Source: Gracilinanus agilis (lineage: Eukaryota). From it: a stretch of 64,000 bases of DNA. The notes beneath the pieces were generated by a model that ran no database searches, was not told the DNA's origin, and saw only the letters and a list, made by a program, of their open reading frames with translations. The first letter of the stretch is position 1; each line of letters opens with the position of its first letter. Positions 61,849-64,000 of this stretch are shown piece by piece. The translations under genes were made by a program, and so were the position numbers. The stretch lies in contig NC_058132.1 in assembly GCF_016433145.1 (NCBI RefSeq), positions 251,306,911 to 251,370,910 on the forward strand, written 5' to 3'.

Positions 61849-63015
61849 CTGAGGAAAAATGATAACAAATGATCACTCTTAAGAAATTCTACAGTTGATA
61901 GGTGGTTTTATCCATTCTAACTGGTTACTGAATTACCCTTTTTATAGTTCTTCATTTTCATGAAGTGCCACCTTGACCTCAAGCCACACAGAATGAATCA
62001 AAAGATTTTCTTTTTCCTCCCAAGAAATTTTCCCTGAATAATTCCAATTTAAAAATAAGTACCATTTAAATAGGGGAAATATACTAGTAGTGGGATGTTC
62101 AGGTCCCTAATTCTGAGCCTCTCCTTTAGCTGTAAAATGGGACTGAAAAGTTCCTTCATCACAAGGTTGTTATGAACATTAGATAAGATATGAAAAGAGC
62201 TTGGAAACTTTCAAGTGCAATGTAAATCTGAGCTCTTGTTATTCTTCAGGAGAACTTTCTCTAGGACACTATCTTATTGGACAACCAGATGCCTACTTGA
62301 TTCATTTTTGTCAGTCCATCAACTCTAAGACTGAGCAGAGTAGCACAGGATTGCAAATAAGAAGTGTTTCTAATGAAAAATTTTGGTTATCACAACCTTC
62401 TAGCAAGAGAGCCCAAATCAGTACCATCCATTCATAATAATGAATGAAATGTTTTCAAAACTAACCCTAATCACTTTGGTTACTGGCTATTGTTAGTCTA
62501 TTATGTGATGTGAAACACCATCAGCATTCTAAAAAATGTTATTTCATTTATTTTTTTATTCAGGACTTCTGATTTCATTGTTAGAGGAAATTGTGGGAGA
62601 GGAAATGCCATTCAGTGTTTGCCTGGAAACTATTCTGGAACTAAACTGTTCTAGAATAAAATCTTAAATCTTGCCAGGAGGCACTCTATATTTGCCTCAA
62701 ACAGAACTGGAATCCAGGCCATCCAAACTCTTGAATTGTTTTCTATCCTGTAGTCAACCTACATGATAAGAGAATTTGCTGCTTTAATTTAGAATTTAGA
62801 GAGCTGAAACAGAACAACAAAAAATTTGAGATTCCAAACATTCAAAAATTGTTTTGCCACTAAGACTTTACCTTGAATTCTTTACCCCGCCCCCATTTGT
62901 TTCATATTGCTACCTCACCAAGCACAAGATGGTGTTTCTCTAGAAATTCTGGGGAAATTTAGAATCAGTATGAGCAAAGAGGTGTAATAAATGTGAATTT
63001 TCACAAAAAAATCAC

Positions 63016-63119
63016 CTGCTGACACAGCACCGGTAATTGTCAAAATATATTCTTCCTCTCTCATAGGCAATTGGTGATTTAGAATGAGTTGTCCAAACAT
63101 TCTTGAATTTAGTGCTTTT
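63016..63119 (-). CDS. DCAF17: DCAF17 exon 2 (104 bp)
   Basis: KSTKFKNVWTTHSKSPIAYERGRIYFDNYRCCVS(S); ctttcag| and |gtgatt. Matches recalled human ESTKFKNVWTTHSRSPIAYERGRIYFDNY. Confidence 0.97.
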
Positions 63120-64000
63120 CTGAAAGATAAAATGGATGCTGTATTTACAATTTGGTCAACAGTTTGGTCATATTCTCTCCAAGTGACAGGGAACCAACTT
63201 AAAGTTAGCTAGCCAAATGCAAAATGGATGCTCTCTTAAGTAAAGTGAAAACTTTAATTAAGTAAAATTTCAAAACTGACCTGGCAACTTGCAAATCATT
63301 CTCTACTAATACTTTTACATTGAAATGTGGTTGCATGACTATTGTGGATATTAAAATTAGTTAGCAAGGCTTTTAGAGAAAAAGCATTTAAAAAATTAAA
63401 ATAACAAAAAAGGAACAGTGACTAGATACTAAGAAATAAAACAGGCAGTTCAGTAACCAATAGTAAAGCTTCTGCCTTACTTTTTTGTCTGCTTTTTCAG
63501 CCATAGTAGATGGGGAGGGTAAGGCTGGAGACTTGCCTAAGTTCTGGTAGAAGTGGGAGTCTGCGTTTCCCAACAGGAGGGAAAAGAAAGATCTTGTGGG
63601 CACTTTGCTTGATTTTTAATTATTTTTGATCTGTATTAGTGTGCATTAATCAATCTCCTCATTTGAAGACCCTTCAGTGCCCCTCCCTCTCTTTATGTCT
63701 TCCTTAACAACTGCTCATCTAGGGAAACCACATTTAAAACAACCCAATTTGCTTCCTCCTCCAACTCCACCCACGCAACTCCAAGCAAAACCTATCACCT
63801 CTTCCAGGAGGTGGGGGGTGGGGTTGGGGAGATCTTTCTTTAGCTGATCTCCGCAGAGTAAATATTCCGATCCGTGCAAAGATCCACCCCTATTCCTGAG
63901 GCCTGGAAATGAAGCATTCAACTCACCTCCAGGAAGAAAGGTGATAGACTCAAATGGAAGATTCTTTTTTTTCAGATAAAGCTACGGTCGGAATTTGTTT

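Noticed and set aside
63807-63829. G-quadruplex
   Set aside because: Only three G-runs of 3 or more; at best a weak two-tier structure.
63120-64000. DCAF17 coding exon 1
   Set aside because: No segment encoding the expected ...GILRALVCQ end was found; it presumably lies beyond the window.

Overview
AT-rich, repeat-dense marsupial genomic DNA. The young tRNA/CORE SINEs match the didelphid (Monodelphis-type) SINE-1 family from recall, so the species is inferred, not verified. There are two minus-strand protein-coding genes in tandem. DCAF17 is present as coding exons 2-14 (63119 to 34419; 1422 nt, one open frame across 12 GT-AG introns); exon 1 lies beyond the window. CYBRD1 (duodenal cytochrome b) is present as its CpG-island promoter and exon 1 (7711-7516), followed by 7.5 kb of intron 1. 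The ~26 kb between the genes is a nest of L1, L2, L3, MIR/MAR1 and SINE-1 elements, four LTR-like inserts, a hAT MITE and one 180-N assembly gap. I found no tRNA, rRNA or CRISPR features, and I cannot support a wholly new gene or system. The best leads are: (1) a 77-nt, 32-bp pri-miRNA-like fold-back in DCAF17 intron 8; (2) a young SINE carrying ~60 nt of extra 3' sequence with AATAAA + TTTT inside its target-site duplication; (3) a strong-Kozak 3-codon uORF whose stop overlaps the CYBRD1 start codon; (4) a hAT MITE of a possibly horizontally transferred family; (5) a perfect 18-bp palindrome; (6) a C-rich element abutting a proximal poly(A) signal in the DCAF17 3'UTR. Exon boundaries were read base by base. 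Repeat family names and human comparisons are from memory. Boundaries of old repeats are approximate and the repeat list is not exhaustive.
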